Below are positions 30,247 to 51,900 of a stretch of DNA of 64,000 nt, piece after piece. Both the position numbers and the translations under genes were made by a program. The number at the start of each line of letters is the position of its first letter. The first letter of the stretch is position 1. The stretch lies in NCBI GenBank assembly GCA_002269645.1, contig NIVC01002617.1, forward strand, positions 92,510 to 156,509. Reading direction: 5' to 3'. The notes below the pieces were generated by a model that was given only the letters and a program-made list of their open reading frames with translations, had not been told where the DNA came from and ran no database searches. This DNA comes from Macrostomum lignano. Taxonomy: Eukaryota.

Positions 30247-33200
30247 TCAGCTTCTCAAAAAAGGTCTCGTTGATGAACGAGTCCAATGGGAATCGTCAAT
30301 CATATTAGACTCGAGAGTAGGGGAGTGAAAAAGGTGTTGGATGATTAATTTACTGTTTAATGGATTCCAGCCAGTGTAAGGAAATTTTTCAGAAAATTCA
30401 ATAGAGCATCAGTTTAATATATAATAGGCATTCAATAGTTCAGGTACAAAATAGCTGCTGTATAAATATGAATAGCATTGCAGTAAAATTGTGTCTGATA
30501 TAATTCGAATTGCAAAGCTTTAACTTTTTAAATTTCGCTAATAAGAAAAGCATTTCATGCGATTAAATACCAGTATGTTGGCGCGAAATTTCTCCCACCT
30601 TGATAGACTAATTCTGCCTACTTGAAGTAGTAGCATTCTTGCGTGTCTATGGCTCAAAATGGGTGTCAGACTATGGCCCACAATGTGTGTCAGATTATAG
30701 CCCACAATGTGTGTCAGACTATAGCCCACAATGTGTGTCAGACTATGACCCACAATGTGTTGTCAGACTATGACCCACAATGTATATCAGACTATAGCCC
30801 ACAATGTGTGTCAGACTATGACCCACAATGTGTTGTCAGACTATGACCCACAATGTATATCAGACTATAGCCCACAATGTGTGTCAGACTATGACCCACA
30901 ATGTGTTGTCAGACTATGACCCACAATGTATATCAGACTATGGCCCAAAATGTGTGTCAGACTATGACCCACAATGTGTTGTCAGACTATGACCCACAAT
31001 GTATATCAGACTATAGCCCACAATGTGTGTCAGACTATGACCCACAATGTGTTGTCAGACTATGACCCACAATGTGTGTCAGACTATGGCCCACAATGTG
31101 TGTCAGACTATAGCCCACAATGTGTGTCAGACTATGGCCCACAATGTGTGTCAGACAAAAGCCAAAATGCACCAAAGAGAGTTCAATTACATGGTACAAA
31201 GCAAAGCAAAGCATAAATAATTTGAGTCAATGAGACTCCAACTAGAAGCACCATACCTAACTACAATAGTTATAGTATATATGACTTATACTCGTATATT
31301 AGAATTACCTGAGCCCTGTCCTGCGGTGTGTCAATCACCGAGGGCATTGTTGATGTTGAATAATCGCTTCGCTGCGAAGGTGTGCATTTGTGTTTTTTAA
31401 AAATAAAATAGACAAATCTTATCACTTAGCCATTCAGCCACTAATCAGACAGGGTCCACCAGGAGCGAAAAAAAACTTAGCCAGATTTTCTTTAACCTCC
31501 TGCTCAGGTAGGTTTACCTAGTGACAAAGACAGCTCAGCCGCTGAAAGCTACCTGATCTCATCTACCTGAGACACGGGCAGCTCAGCCGCTGAAAGCTAC
31601 CTGATTTCATCTACCTGAAACACGGGCAGCTCAGCCACTGAAAGCTACCTGATCTCATCTACCTGAGACACGGGCAGCTCAGCCGCTGAAAGCTACCTGA
31701 TCTCATCTACCTGAAACACGGGCAGCTCAGCCGCTGAAAGCTACCTGATCTCATCTACCTGAGACACGGGCAGCTCAGCCGCTGAAAGCTACCTGATCTC
31801 ATCTACCTGAAACACGGGCAGCTCAGCCGCTGAAAGCTACCTGATCTCATCTACCTGAAACACGGGCAGCTCAGCCGCTGAAAGCTACCTGATCTCATCT
31901 ACCTGAGACACAGGCAGCTCAGCCGCTGAAAGCTACCTGATTTCATCTACCTGAAACACGGGCAGCTCAGCCGCTGAAAGCTACCTGATCTCATCTACCT
32001 GAGACACGGGCAGCTCAGCCGCTGAAAGCTACCTGATCTCATCTACCTGAGACACGGGCAGCTCAGCCGCTGAAAGCTACCTGATCTCATCTACCTGAAA
32101 CACGGGCAGCTCAGCCGCTGAAAGCTACCTGATCTCATCTACCTGAGACACGGGCAGCTCAGCCTCAAGTGCGTGGTCATCAGCCAGGGACACGCACCCT
32201 GAGGGCGAAGTGTACCTACAATCTCAAAGAGACCGTCTTTACTTTACTGCCTCCTCATTGCTGTCAATCTGAGTATTACGCTACTTATAGTAGTCCATAG
32301 GTGCATGAGTCCAAAAAAATGGACAGAAAATAGCAGCAAAAAGCGCTCACCTGAGTAGACGGCACCGAAGACAGGAAGTCCACCGTGCTGCCGGTGCCGC
32401 CGAACACGGACTCGGGGTCCAGGGCGAGGAATTTGCCTCGATCGAACTCCAGTCGGCCGGTTGACCTTGCCGATTTCACGGCACGAACCAGCGCGTCCAG
32501 GTCGTGCTGCAGGCAGGCGTTCTCTTCGCGCAATTCGCCAACGCTGGCCGCTGCCGCCGCCGCGGCTGCCGATTCTTCGCTTAGTCTGGACAGCTCCCGC
32601 TTCTGGGAGGCGTATTCCTGTAAAATTCACGATTGCAATAAATTTGCACAGGTTTACTACTGCGTATAGTAGCAAGTGCGGCGTGTTTTCTTTGGCTAAG
32701 AGCTCGCAGGCTCATGGGGGGGGAAGCGCCATCATAGGGAAGCGCCATCGTGGGGGAAGCGCCATCGTGGGAGAAGTGCAATCGTGTCGAAGCGCCATCG
32801 TGGGGGGGAGCGCCATCGTGGGGGGGGGGGGGGAAGCGCCATCGTGGGGGGGGGAAGCGCCATCGTGGGGGAAGCGCCATCGTGGGAGAAGTGCAATCAT
32901 GTCGAAGCGCCATCGTGGGGGGGAGCGCCATCGTGGGGGGGGGAGCGCCATCATAGGGAAGCGCCATCGTGGGGGAAGCGCCATCGTGGGAGAAGTGCAA
33001 TCGTGTCGAAGCGCCATCGTGGGAGAAGCGCCATCGTGGGGAAGCGCCATCGTGGGAGAATCGCCATCGTGGGGGGGGGAAGCGCCATCATGGAGGGGGA
33101 AGCGCCATCGTGGGGGGGAAGCGCCATCGTGGGGGGGGAAGCGCCATCGTGGGGGGGGGAAGCGCCATCGTGGGGGAAGCGCCATCGTGGGGGGGAAGCG

Positions 33201-35527
33201 CCATCGTGGGGGGGGAAGCGCCATCGTGGGGGAAGCGCCATCGTGGGAGAAGTGCAATCGTGTCGAAGCGCCATCGTGGGGGGGGGAGCGCCATCGTGGG
33301 GGGGGGGAAGCGCCATCATAGGGAAGCGCCATCGTGGGAAAGCGCCATCGTGGGGAAGCGCCATCGTGGGAGAAGCGCCATCGTGGGGAAGCGCCATCGT
33401 GGGAGAAGCGCCATCGTGGGGAAGCGCCATCGTGGGGAAGCGCCATAGTTTTTTTGCCATCCTACTGAGACGGCCCCCTTGCCCTCCCTCTATTAGATGG
33501 ATTCAAGCGGCCATCTAATATGATTGGAGCGGTGAATGAACGTGCGATGCAATCGAATCGATAGCGCTCAGGCCTTCCGCTTCTAGTTTGATTTTGCTTG
33601 ATTAAATATGAACAGAATGCACTTTAAAAGAAATATTCTGCTGGATTTATGTAGCCAATTAAAAAATCAATAAGAAATTAATAGAAATTAAGCAGCATAG
33701 AGTGACAGCAGCCAAATTTATAAATTAGGGTGGTGAAATTAAACCAATTAGTGAATTCAGGCTTAGCAGTAATAAAATATTACGATAGAAAATATATAGA
33801 AAGTAAGCATTTCATAGTGAAAAGGCGACCCTGCGTAGGCGCCCCCTAGTCTAGAATTATGTGAATAGGCGCCTCCTAGTATAGAGCTATGTGAATAGGC
33901 GCCCCCTAGTATAGAGCTATGTGAATAGGCGCCCCTTAGTATAGACCTATGTGAATAGGCGCCCCCTAGTATAGAACTATGTGAATAGGCGCCCCTTAGT
34001 ATAGACCTATGTGATTAGGCGCCCCCTGTCTAGAATGAACATCGCCAGAGCCGCCAAGTGCAATATTCAGCAAAATAGATAACAGAAAAGGCAAAGCAAG
34101 CAGCGACCAAAAGGCAAATTGCGGCACCGGATCAGCGAGTCCGGCCTCTTACTGAAGAGTCAAAGCTCGACGCCAGTGTGGTATCGGCGCTGTCGCGAGC
34201 GGCGCCAGCCAATGTTTGCGGCGGCGGCGGCGGCGGCGAGGGCGCCATGAGGTGTGGCGCCTGATTGGCGCCGCCGCCTCCGCGCGCCAATTTAGGCAGC
34301 CGAGGCGAAGCGATGGGGTCGCTAAGCGACTGGAACGCCTCCTGCAGTTCAACTCGCTAAATTGAACGCAAACGCATTAAACAGCAGTTTAGGGCGAATT
34401 GTGTTAGTAGCGAATGTTAGATCTCGTAGTTAATATTTGAAATTCTTGTATTAAAAACACCATTGGATTAGCTTTTAAGCTCTAGAGTTGTCAACGGGAT
34501 CGCAGCTACACACTTTAAGTCTCAAGGATTCAACTACTAGGGGCAGAATGGATGTGAAATCTCCTATGTTTTCACAAGAAATAGCGGTATTTACTTTCCT
34601 CTGGTTCGTCCTCGTCCGTATTTAATGGTCGGTTAAAAGCTTTTCAATATGTAAAATGTCCTAATGGCCAGATGTGCAACCGACAGCTCAACCGCAGCTA
34701 TTGCGCGGCGCATCTGAAGGCTGCGTACGGCTGTTCAGTCCAAGGACTGGGGGGGTCGCCACACGCACCCTCAATTTCCCCAGCAAATGTTGGCACCCAT
34801 TTTACAGCTGGGTGAGAGTTAAGTGTCTTGCTCAAGGACACAAATCGTTCCGAGTGGATCGAGAATCGAACCCCCGACCTTCAAGTCGTGAGTCTGACGC
34901 TCTAACCACTAGGCTACCGCCCCTGAGCAAAGGAAGCCCCTCATATATTAGAATCTGGATGCAACAGCAGCCACTCCAAAGTTAGTAGCAGCAATGCAAG
35001 CAAAACTCACTGTTAGATAAATTTAAAACAATTATTCACTTAGTTGCATGCTTTAGGCAAATCAAGGTCACGCTGAGCCCTGAGCATACACAGGTACAGG
35101 CACATGCTCACAGCATGTACAACACATGCATTTGGCCCTCGCAGGGTTGATTGATTGGGCAGAATCCCACATGAAATGCACCGCTTATTCGCCAGCTTCA
35201 TCAGTATCGAATTGCGCTCACCTTCCGCCAGCCCGTCAGCGGCTCCCCCGGCAAGCTGAAGCTGCTGTTGTCCGGCATGGAGCTGACTGTGATGTCGTCG
35301 CTCCGCACTGATGAACCGCCAACTCTCTGCTGGAGAAGCTCCTCGGACAGGGCCAGCCCGGCCGGCCGGACCAGCCCCAGCGCGGTGGTTGGCCGGGCTC
35401 GGCCAGGCGGCGTCATGGCGTCGTCCGAGCTGCTGAGAATGTCGCCAATTGGCATGCTGCCGCCGACGTCGATGTCGCCGAGGTCGGGCTCGACTCCGCG
35501 ACGCCGCTGGCCGGACGGAGAAGACAT
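30247..35527 (-). CDS. Uncharacterised coding module of about 300 aa (Ser/Pro-rich plus a short coiled coil); either a separate gene or the long-isoform N-terminus of the coiled-coil gene
   Basis: Phase-0 exons 35527-35222, 34356-34153, 32617-32351 and 31371-31309 join in frame (…GEPLTGWRK|RVELQEAF…FDSS|EYASQKRE…LREENACLQHDLDALVRAVKSARSTGRLEFDRGKFLALDPESVFG…|RSDYST…DRAQ). A tentative terminal exon at 30309-30247 uses a weak GAG acceptor, with AATAAA near 30065. Confidence 0.65.
30664..31156. repeat. 24/25-bp minisatellite (CAGACTATGACCCACAATGTGTGT), about 20 copies, with a repeating three-unit pattern
   Basis: Direct repeat; the unit variants recur in order. Confidence 0.95.
31531..32164. 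repeat. 48-bp minisatellite (CAGCTCAGCCGCTGAAAGCTACCTGATCTCATCTACCTGARACACGGG), about 13 copies
   Basis: Intronic direct repeat with no spacers. Confidence 0.96.
32716..33446. repeat. Variable G-run minisatellite (GAAGCGCCATCGTG(G)n)
   Basis: Intronic; the source of many spurious ORFs. Confidence 0.95.
33836..34032. repeat. 30-bp minisatellite (GCGCCCCCTAGTATAGAGCTATGTGAATAG), about 6 copies
   Basis: Direct repeat. Confidence 0.92.
34670..34924 (-). mobile_element. tRNA-derived SINE, family B, with a Meta-domain-like core
   Basis: Reverse complement: GGGGCGGTAGCCTAGTGGTTAGAGCGTCAGACTC...GGTTCGATTCTC, then TGTGTCCTTGAGCAAGACACTTAACTCTCACCCAGCTGTAAAATGGGT, which resembles my recollection of the MetaSINE conserved domain. 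Confidence 0.8.
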
Positions 35528-36391
35528 TGGGGCCTTCAGTGATGGCGAGCGCGGCCTCAGCTGAGGATTTCTGTTAATTTATGATGCCAATTAATTACTG
35601 CGCGGCCACCACCTTCGCAGGGACGAGGCCGAGTTGAGCCGGGCAGCTGCGGAGAGAGAGATTTGAGTAGTGCCGAGATTGCACAGCTTGTGTGTGTGAG
35701 GGGGGTGGCTGCTTGAGTTTGAGCAAACAGCTGGGGAGAAGAGGCAGCCAGATGTACTGCTGGTATGACCCTTGGTCCCAACCTTCAGTGTGCGCCACTC
35801 TGCATTCACTAAAATTGCTTGCTTGCTGCCTGGTTTGCTTTTTCTTGCCTGTCTGAGCCAGGAGTCGGGGGGGGGGGGGTGCAAGAGAAGGAGGGAGAGG
35901 TGGCGGTGACGGAGAAGGCAGCGCGATGCAAGCAGAGCGAGTCATTGCAGCCTCCCCCCCCAAAAAAAGCACTCTACTCTACTCTAAGTCTAAGGAGCGG
36001 ATCGCAATTTCAATGGAGATTGCCGTGCACAGAATAAGAAAATTGCCGCAGCCACCCCTAAAGCTGGATTTATTTCGCAGGCAGCTCTCATTAGCAACCA
36101 GCAGGGCACACAGTATAGCCAAAGTCAGGGGTGTGCGCTGTGTGCATGGTGAGGCATTGCTGCGCCAATTGTGCGTACAAATTCATTTGAGCCTAATTTG
36201 TGTTCATTTGCGTGTTTGTGTTTGTGTACCTGAACAATTGTTCATTGTTGTTCATACTACTTTCGAGTAGTTAAATTAAAAAGTGTGTACGCGCACCATC
36301 TGGAATTTGTCAACTAATCTAACCTCGTGCTCAATTCATTTCAACACGGGATACTCGGAACCCGATACGTTTATAATCTCTATATTTTTAT

Positions 36392-36607
36392 GGGTTGCTT
36401 TCACAAACGCGAAATTTCACAACCGCTAAAAAGACTGCCGTACATGAAAGTAATAAGTGCAAAAAATTTTGCGGTTGTGAAGTTTTGCGGTTATGAAGTT
36501 TCGCGTTTATGAAAGTGACTACAAAAAATTAGCGGTTGTGAAGTTTCGCGGTTATGAAAGCAAGTGCTTTTAGCGGTTGTGAAATTTTGCGTTTGTGAAA
36601 CCCACCC
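36392..36607. mobile_element. MITE/foldback element with 40-bp terminal inverted repeats and internal sub-repeats
   Basis: 36392-36431 matches the reverse complement of 36568-36607 at 37/40 positions; internal GCGGTTRTGAA repeats; no clean TSD. Confidence 0.7.
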
Positions 36608-38439
36608 CAGAGGAAAGGCCAGGCTGCATTTTGCCCTTTGAAAAAATTCGGAGTCTTCTCCCACTAGGGGCAATTAATATCTGGTTTCAATCCGGCGCTT
36701 AAATTGACAATTACTGACAGCTGTAAATTCTCTCAATAAAATTAAAATGCACATATAAAATATTCCAATGATAATTTGTAGTACGCTAATAATACATAAG
36801 GACTTCAGTACTGCAATACAAATAATTTGCTACATTGATATTATAAGATACAGCTGGCAAACTCATGTAGTAATTAACTGCTTGTAGATGTACTTGGACA
36901 TTTCAAATCCAAAATTTCTTCAAAATTCCAAATGAAGTCTTTTGAAAATGACTAATGAAAACTTAGATTCAAAACTATTTTGGCTATCATTTGTACTTTA
37001 TCTACATCAATACTTGACTAGCTAGTTGATACACCACCTTCAAAGACATCCTTTTTGTAGAATTTAGACCTGAATAAACAACAATGCACTAGTGCAAAAG
37101 CAATCAGCGATTTTATGGCTTCTTATAATTTTTAATAACTCTCATTTTTCCTATAATTACTCGCATATTTTTTTTCTGCGTGTAAAAGGTAAATGTAAAT
37201 TTCTAGTCGTTAAATAAAAAAAATAATAAAATGTATAAAACTAAAGCTTGCAAAAAAACTAAAGGAGCAAAAAACTCACAGAACTTAATTTTATACCAAA
37301 TGAACATACGCTCGTACAAAGGATAGAAACAGCACAAGAGAAGCTTATTCAGTAAGTAGTTACTCAAATGTATAGACTTTAACATACATGGACAATTATC
37401 CGTATTCGCTTAAAACATATTGAAACAGTGGTAAACAAATTCTTAACTAATAGTTAACGAGTTCTCTTGTAAACTTTAAGTTATGGAGGTGGGATCGACT
37501 GATATTCAACAAAGAATGAAAAACTAAATTATTTAGACGCCATTCAAAGTTTGAAGCTCTTTGCTACTGTCAGGGCAGAAAAAAAACAATAAAAAAACTT
37601 ATTGACGAATTTACAATTGTAAAAGAATTTTTATGAACCTGTTGCTAAAAATGCATCACACTTGTTATTATGTTTGGCGAATTTTTATTTTCGAGGAAGC
37701 GCAAATTCAACTTCAAAGAGGTATTCAGTTTTTACTTGAACGGTTTAGTAGTTCACACAAATCTACTGTTGATTTCGAGATGTAAGATTGTAGGTTCGAT
37801 CAGTTTGTTAGGATTGTTCGGAAGGTTAGTATTAGCTTGGACTATCGTTTGAAAAAACAGGGTTTGTGATGAAAATCCTTATATATTTCTGTTAAATAAG
37901 AATTCTCTTGAGAATCGCTTTTCAAATGCTTGAAAAATAGCTTTTAAGGGAATTCTCTGTTATTTAAAGCATTATAGAACTTATACGAACGCTAAAAAAA
38001 ATTGCAAACAAAATTACTGCAAAATAGGATTCTATAAAAAATATTACAATTACATCTAGGTTCTCTAGACTAGACAGTAGTTTGTTACTTACTCAATTCT
38101 TATCCTTATTTTTATATTTGTACATATAATATTGGCTATAAAATGGTTAAAAAAGTTTATCTAATAACTTTTAAAAGTGACCGAAAACATCAATTGTATA
38201 TTAAATATATTTAACACATTTTTAAAAGCATTATATTATTATTCAATTTGTCTAATTATGTGATTAGAGATTAGCCAGATTAAAATAAATACGTTTTTAG
38301 GCTCCATGCAGAATTTATTGGTTATTGTTAAGGCTAGGTAAAACATTATTAATGACACAATAACTATCTTCACTGTCAATTCCAGGTCGATCAGATTTTA
38401 CTTTGTTTAGACTGATTTCAGCCAATTTTAATCATTGCC

Positions 38440-48049
<9,610 letters not shown>

Positions 48050-48951
48050 CGACTGACAATTTTTTAAGTCCGAGCATTTTCATTATATATTTTTAATTTG
48101 GACTATAGTCTCTTTATTTATATTCTGCGCTGTGATCTGTTGAAACAATAAATTTTGTGTTTATCGGGAATTCCACAATATATTTGTTGTATTATATATA
48201 TCATCGGCTTTGTGTATTCAATATTGTATTGAAATATACATGTACACGCAGCAAAATTATAGTTTTATTGATTTTATACGTAAAACAGACTGTGCTGGCT
48301 TTGCTCAAAATTACAAAAATGTTGCCGTTTTTATTTTGTGGTTTATTTCACTTTAGAGCTTGATTTCTTGCTACAAAGTTCAAGAAAGTTCAGCACATTC
48401 AATAGCTATTGAAATAAATTCGTCCAGATGTGTTGATAGATAAGTTCGTGTAGAATTGTTTTCTAACTTACATAAACCGTATGTACGTGTACTTTACTGC
48501 TGTTAGTGCAATTCAGTGGCAGGTCAGATCAGAAAAATCGATTTAGCAGCTGATTAAACTTATTACAGTACATTTTTACATTTATAACAAACAAGGTGCT
48601 AGCTTTACCTTAAATTTTTTACCATCCTATCCGCAAAGTGTTTTAATTAACATAAAATTAATCTCCGCATAGCTGATTATGCAAGATTTAACAATTTAAA
48701 TTGGGATATATTTAGATTCGAAATGTATACATCAAAGATTCAAATAAGTTTATTTACACGAAATTTAAGCACGATAACTCAAATTCTAAATGAGAACTGC
48801 CGATTTTTTTAAACTGAAAGCGTGATATTCGAACTAAATTGTTTTTTAGAGATAGCTTCAGAACCGAGGAACAACACTGGTGAAAATTACCTTTAATATA
48901 CGTTTTAACCTTTTTCAAAAGTTGCGTAAAGCCTCCTAGTCCTACCTTATC

Positions 48952-51900
48952 ATGACTGACTTTGGTAAGTCACAGTTATTTTTGTGATAAAGAAGAGCAT
49001 GACTATTTTGTTACTTTTCCTTTTTATCATTGATGTTATTGTCTTCGTGTCTATTGAATTATAATTTTAACATCAAAATTGTCTTAGTTGATCAGTCCAT
49101 ATTGGAATGCCATGGGGGAAGTTAGTACTACTAAGTAGTATTTTTTATTTCTGATTAAGTAATTACAAAGCTAAGTACACTGTGTACAGATTGGTCAATT
49201 GTTTCTCTGGATCTGAAGCTTTTTGATCATTCAAATATGAACTAGGAAAACAAGACTAATAATGTTGAACTAATTTTGTTTATTTTTTGTTTAGGCTACC
49301 TTACTATAAGTTATATTTATAAGTTTTTAGGATATCATTATATTATACCATATTTTATTTTTTTAGGTATACTATAGCTACTGGGTATAGTAACTAAACA
49401 ATATAGATTAATATACCTAATTTAGTTAAAGCAAAAAGCTTTTAACTTTTTAGATATAATCAAAAAGATATATCAATACATAATCAAATGATATATAGTT
49501 TGTTTCAAATGAGCCTTTTTATATTGTGTTCATATTTAAAATTTTCTTGTTTTGAATGTTTTTAAAAAAAACATTTTTATATTATTATGCTAGAACTATT
49601 ACTATTCAATTCTGAGTGCTAAATATAATGTCTGCTAATATTTTTATATATGACTATATGCTTGACCTTAGCCTTACTTAGGATGATAATAAGACTAGCT
49701 ATTATCAACTATATTGATATGTATTTCTATATTTTATATAGATTAACAAATTTAAAGCAATGGTTCAAGTATATAATTTTTTTGCTAATATAGCCTATAT
49801 AGTCTATAGGCTATAAACATATTAGTATAAATATGTACATAGCTTTCTAATATAATAATAAGGCCAATATCTAATGAATGATTAGCAACAATAATATAAT
49901 TCATTAAGATTCAGTACCCTATTTCCTATATCATATAGTTATTAGGATTTTACCATAGATAAGCTATATATAGCATGCATTTGCAACACTTAGCCAATCT
50001 AGATGATCTAGCTAAGTGGCAAGGTAGCCAAGGCAAGGATATTGCAGAACTGATTAACCAAGCACCAAAATTATTAGGAAAAAATAGAATAGAATATCAA
50101 AAATGAAATTAAAAAAACTAGATAAAACATTGAAAAAATAGAATAAAAATAATAAAAACTTACATAAGCAATAAAAAAATCAAAAAATACAAAAGAGAAT
50201 TGGAGCTTTAGTCAGTTAAAGACAAATATTTAAATTGCATAAAAGGTAAAGCTATATCACAAAGTGGCTCTCCAGATACAACTATGTCACATTTTGTGAA
50301 AATCTATATCTCAACTAGGCATATAAAATTTAGAAGGTTGCGCATGTATAATATATAACCTTTAATTAGTATAGTATCTTTACCTCAAACTTAATGCTGT
50401 CTAGCATTCTGAAACTTGTAAAAAATCTCAGGTTGTGTCAAAAGATGCTTTAAAACTAAATAAGTTTAATGTTATCTATACCTTCCCAGTGGCAGACAGT
50501 CAGGGTTTAGTTAGAGTTTATTATGTATAAGCATAAACTTCGTTTTATCAAAAACCTATGCCCTATGGCATCCCCTTCAATTCCCATTATTGATATGCAT
50601 ACCCATGTCTTTGTAAGCTACCTAGAAGGCCCCTAATAGAGCAAATATTGAGCTTCTGTAGAGCAGTTGAAAAATAATTGCAACAATTGGCAAAACGTAC
50701 ATAACTGCCATCTTTGGCCTGTTTTCGCTTCGTTTGGGGCTTCTATGACTTGTAAAATTAAGTCCTCCCTACCACTGGTTTCACTTGGCGCACGCAGACC
50801 AGGACAGGACGCCAAGACGGGAAGACAAAAAAGAGAAGAAAAAGCGCGAAAAAGAGAAACGAGACCACGGCTACCACCAATTCGAGGACGACTCAGCCAG
50901 CATCGACGCTGTGGTGCTGCAGCCGCACTCGTCATATGGCGATTCGGCAGCTTCCGGCTCCGCAGCTGCCGCCGCACCGGCGGGCTCCTCAGCGGCTTCG
51001 TCTGGCCAGCAGGCCAATCCTGCCGGCACTCTGTCGCCCAAAGCCAAGAAGACCAAGAGCTTCAAGCTGCCAACAAAGAAGAGCATATTGAAGAAAGGTT
51101 CGACGGATAAAGATGATAAAAAGCAGAAGAAGCTTCGGCGCAAGAATCTCAAAGACGAGGTGGAACAGCTGACCCCCAATCGGCCGGTCTTTGGGGTGCC
51201 TCTCGCGCTGGCCGTTCAGCGTTCGAAGAGTCACGACGGAGTGGCGCTGCCGGCCTGCTTTAGGTGGGCACCTGAGATCCTTCATCAGAAATGCTCAGAT
51301 TGGGCAGCTGAGACCCTTCATCATAGATGCCACTGGAGCCGCTTCTAACATCCCAGACCCTCAGGCTGAAGACCCTGGAACCCTTCCAGCATCCCAGATC
51401 CCCAAACTAAGCCGAGGCTCTGACTTTCCCAACCGTAATTTCCTGCCCAAAACTCGCTCCCACAGGGAATGCATCGACTTCGTTGAAGCCAACGCCCTCT
51501 CCTGCGAAGGCATCTACCGAGTGTCCGGCGTCAAATCCAAGGTGCAGGCCATCATCCGGGCCTACAATCTGCACCTCTCTGTTGAACTATCCGACTACGA
51601 TCCATTCGTAGTAGCCAGCGTCGTCAAGAACTTCATCCGGGAGCTGCCGGAATGCGTGCTCACCGAAAAATTGCTGCCGGAGTTTGAAGGGTCCTGGAGC
51701 ATCCGGGATCCGAAGCAGAAGGTTGAAACATTCCAACGGTTGCTATCCTCTCTGCCGGCGCCCAACTATATGCTGCTGGCCTACACCCTGCTGCACATGT
51801 CGCACGTGGTGGCGCATCAGGCCCAGAATAAGATGAGCTTGCAGAACGTGAGCATAGTGCTCAGTCCCACTATGCAAATATCGCACAAGGTGTTGCACGT

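Noticed and set aside
31531-32164. CRISPR-like regular repeats (also the 30-48-bp arrays elsewhere)
   Set aside because: The units are contiguous with no unique spacers, there are no cas genes, and the context is eukaryotic introns.
32461-33518. Cluster of 150-290-aa ORFs on both strands
   Set aside because: These are products of the GAAGCGCCATCGTG(G)n array.
33836-34032. CTCF-like motif GCGCCCCCTAGT in a 30-bp repeat
   Set aside because: It lacks the following GG of the core, and CTCF is reported missing in flatworms; too weak to call.
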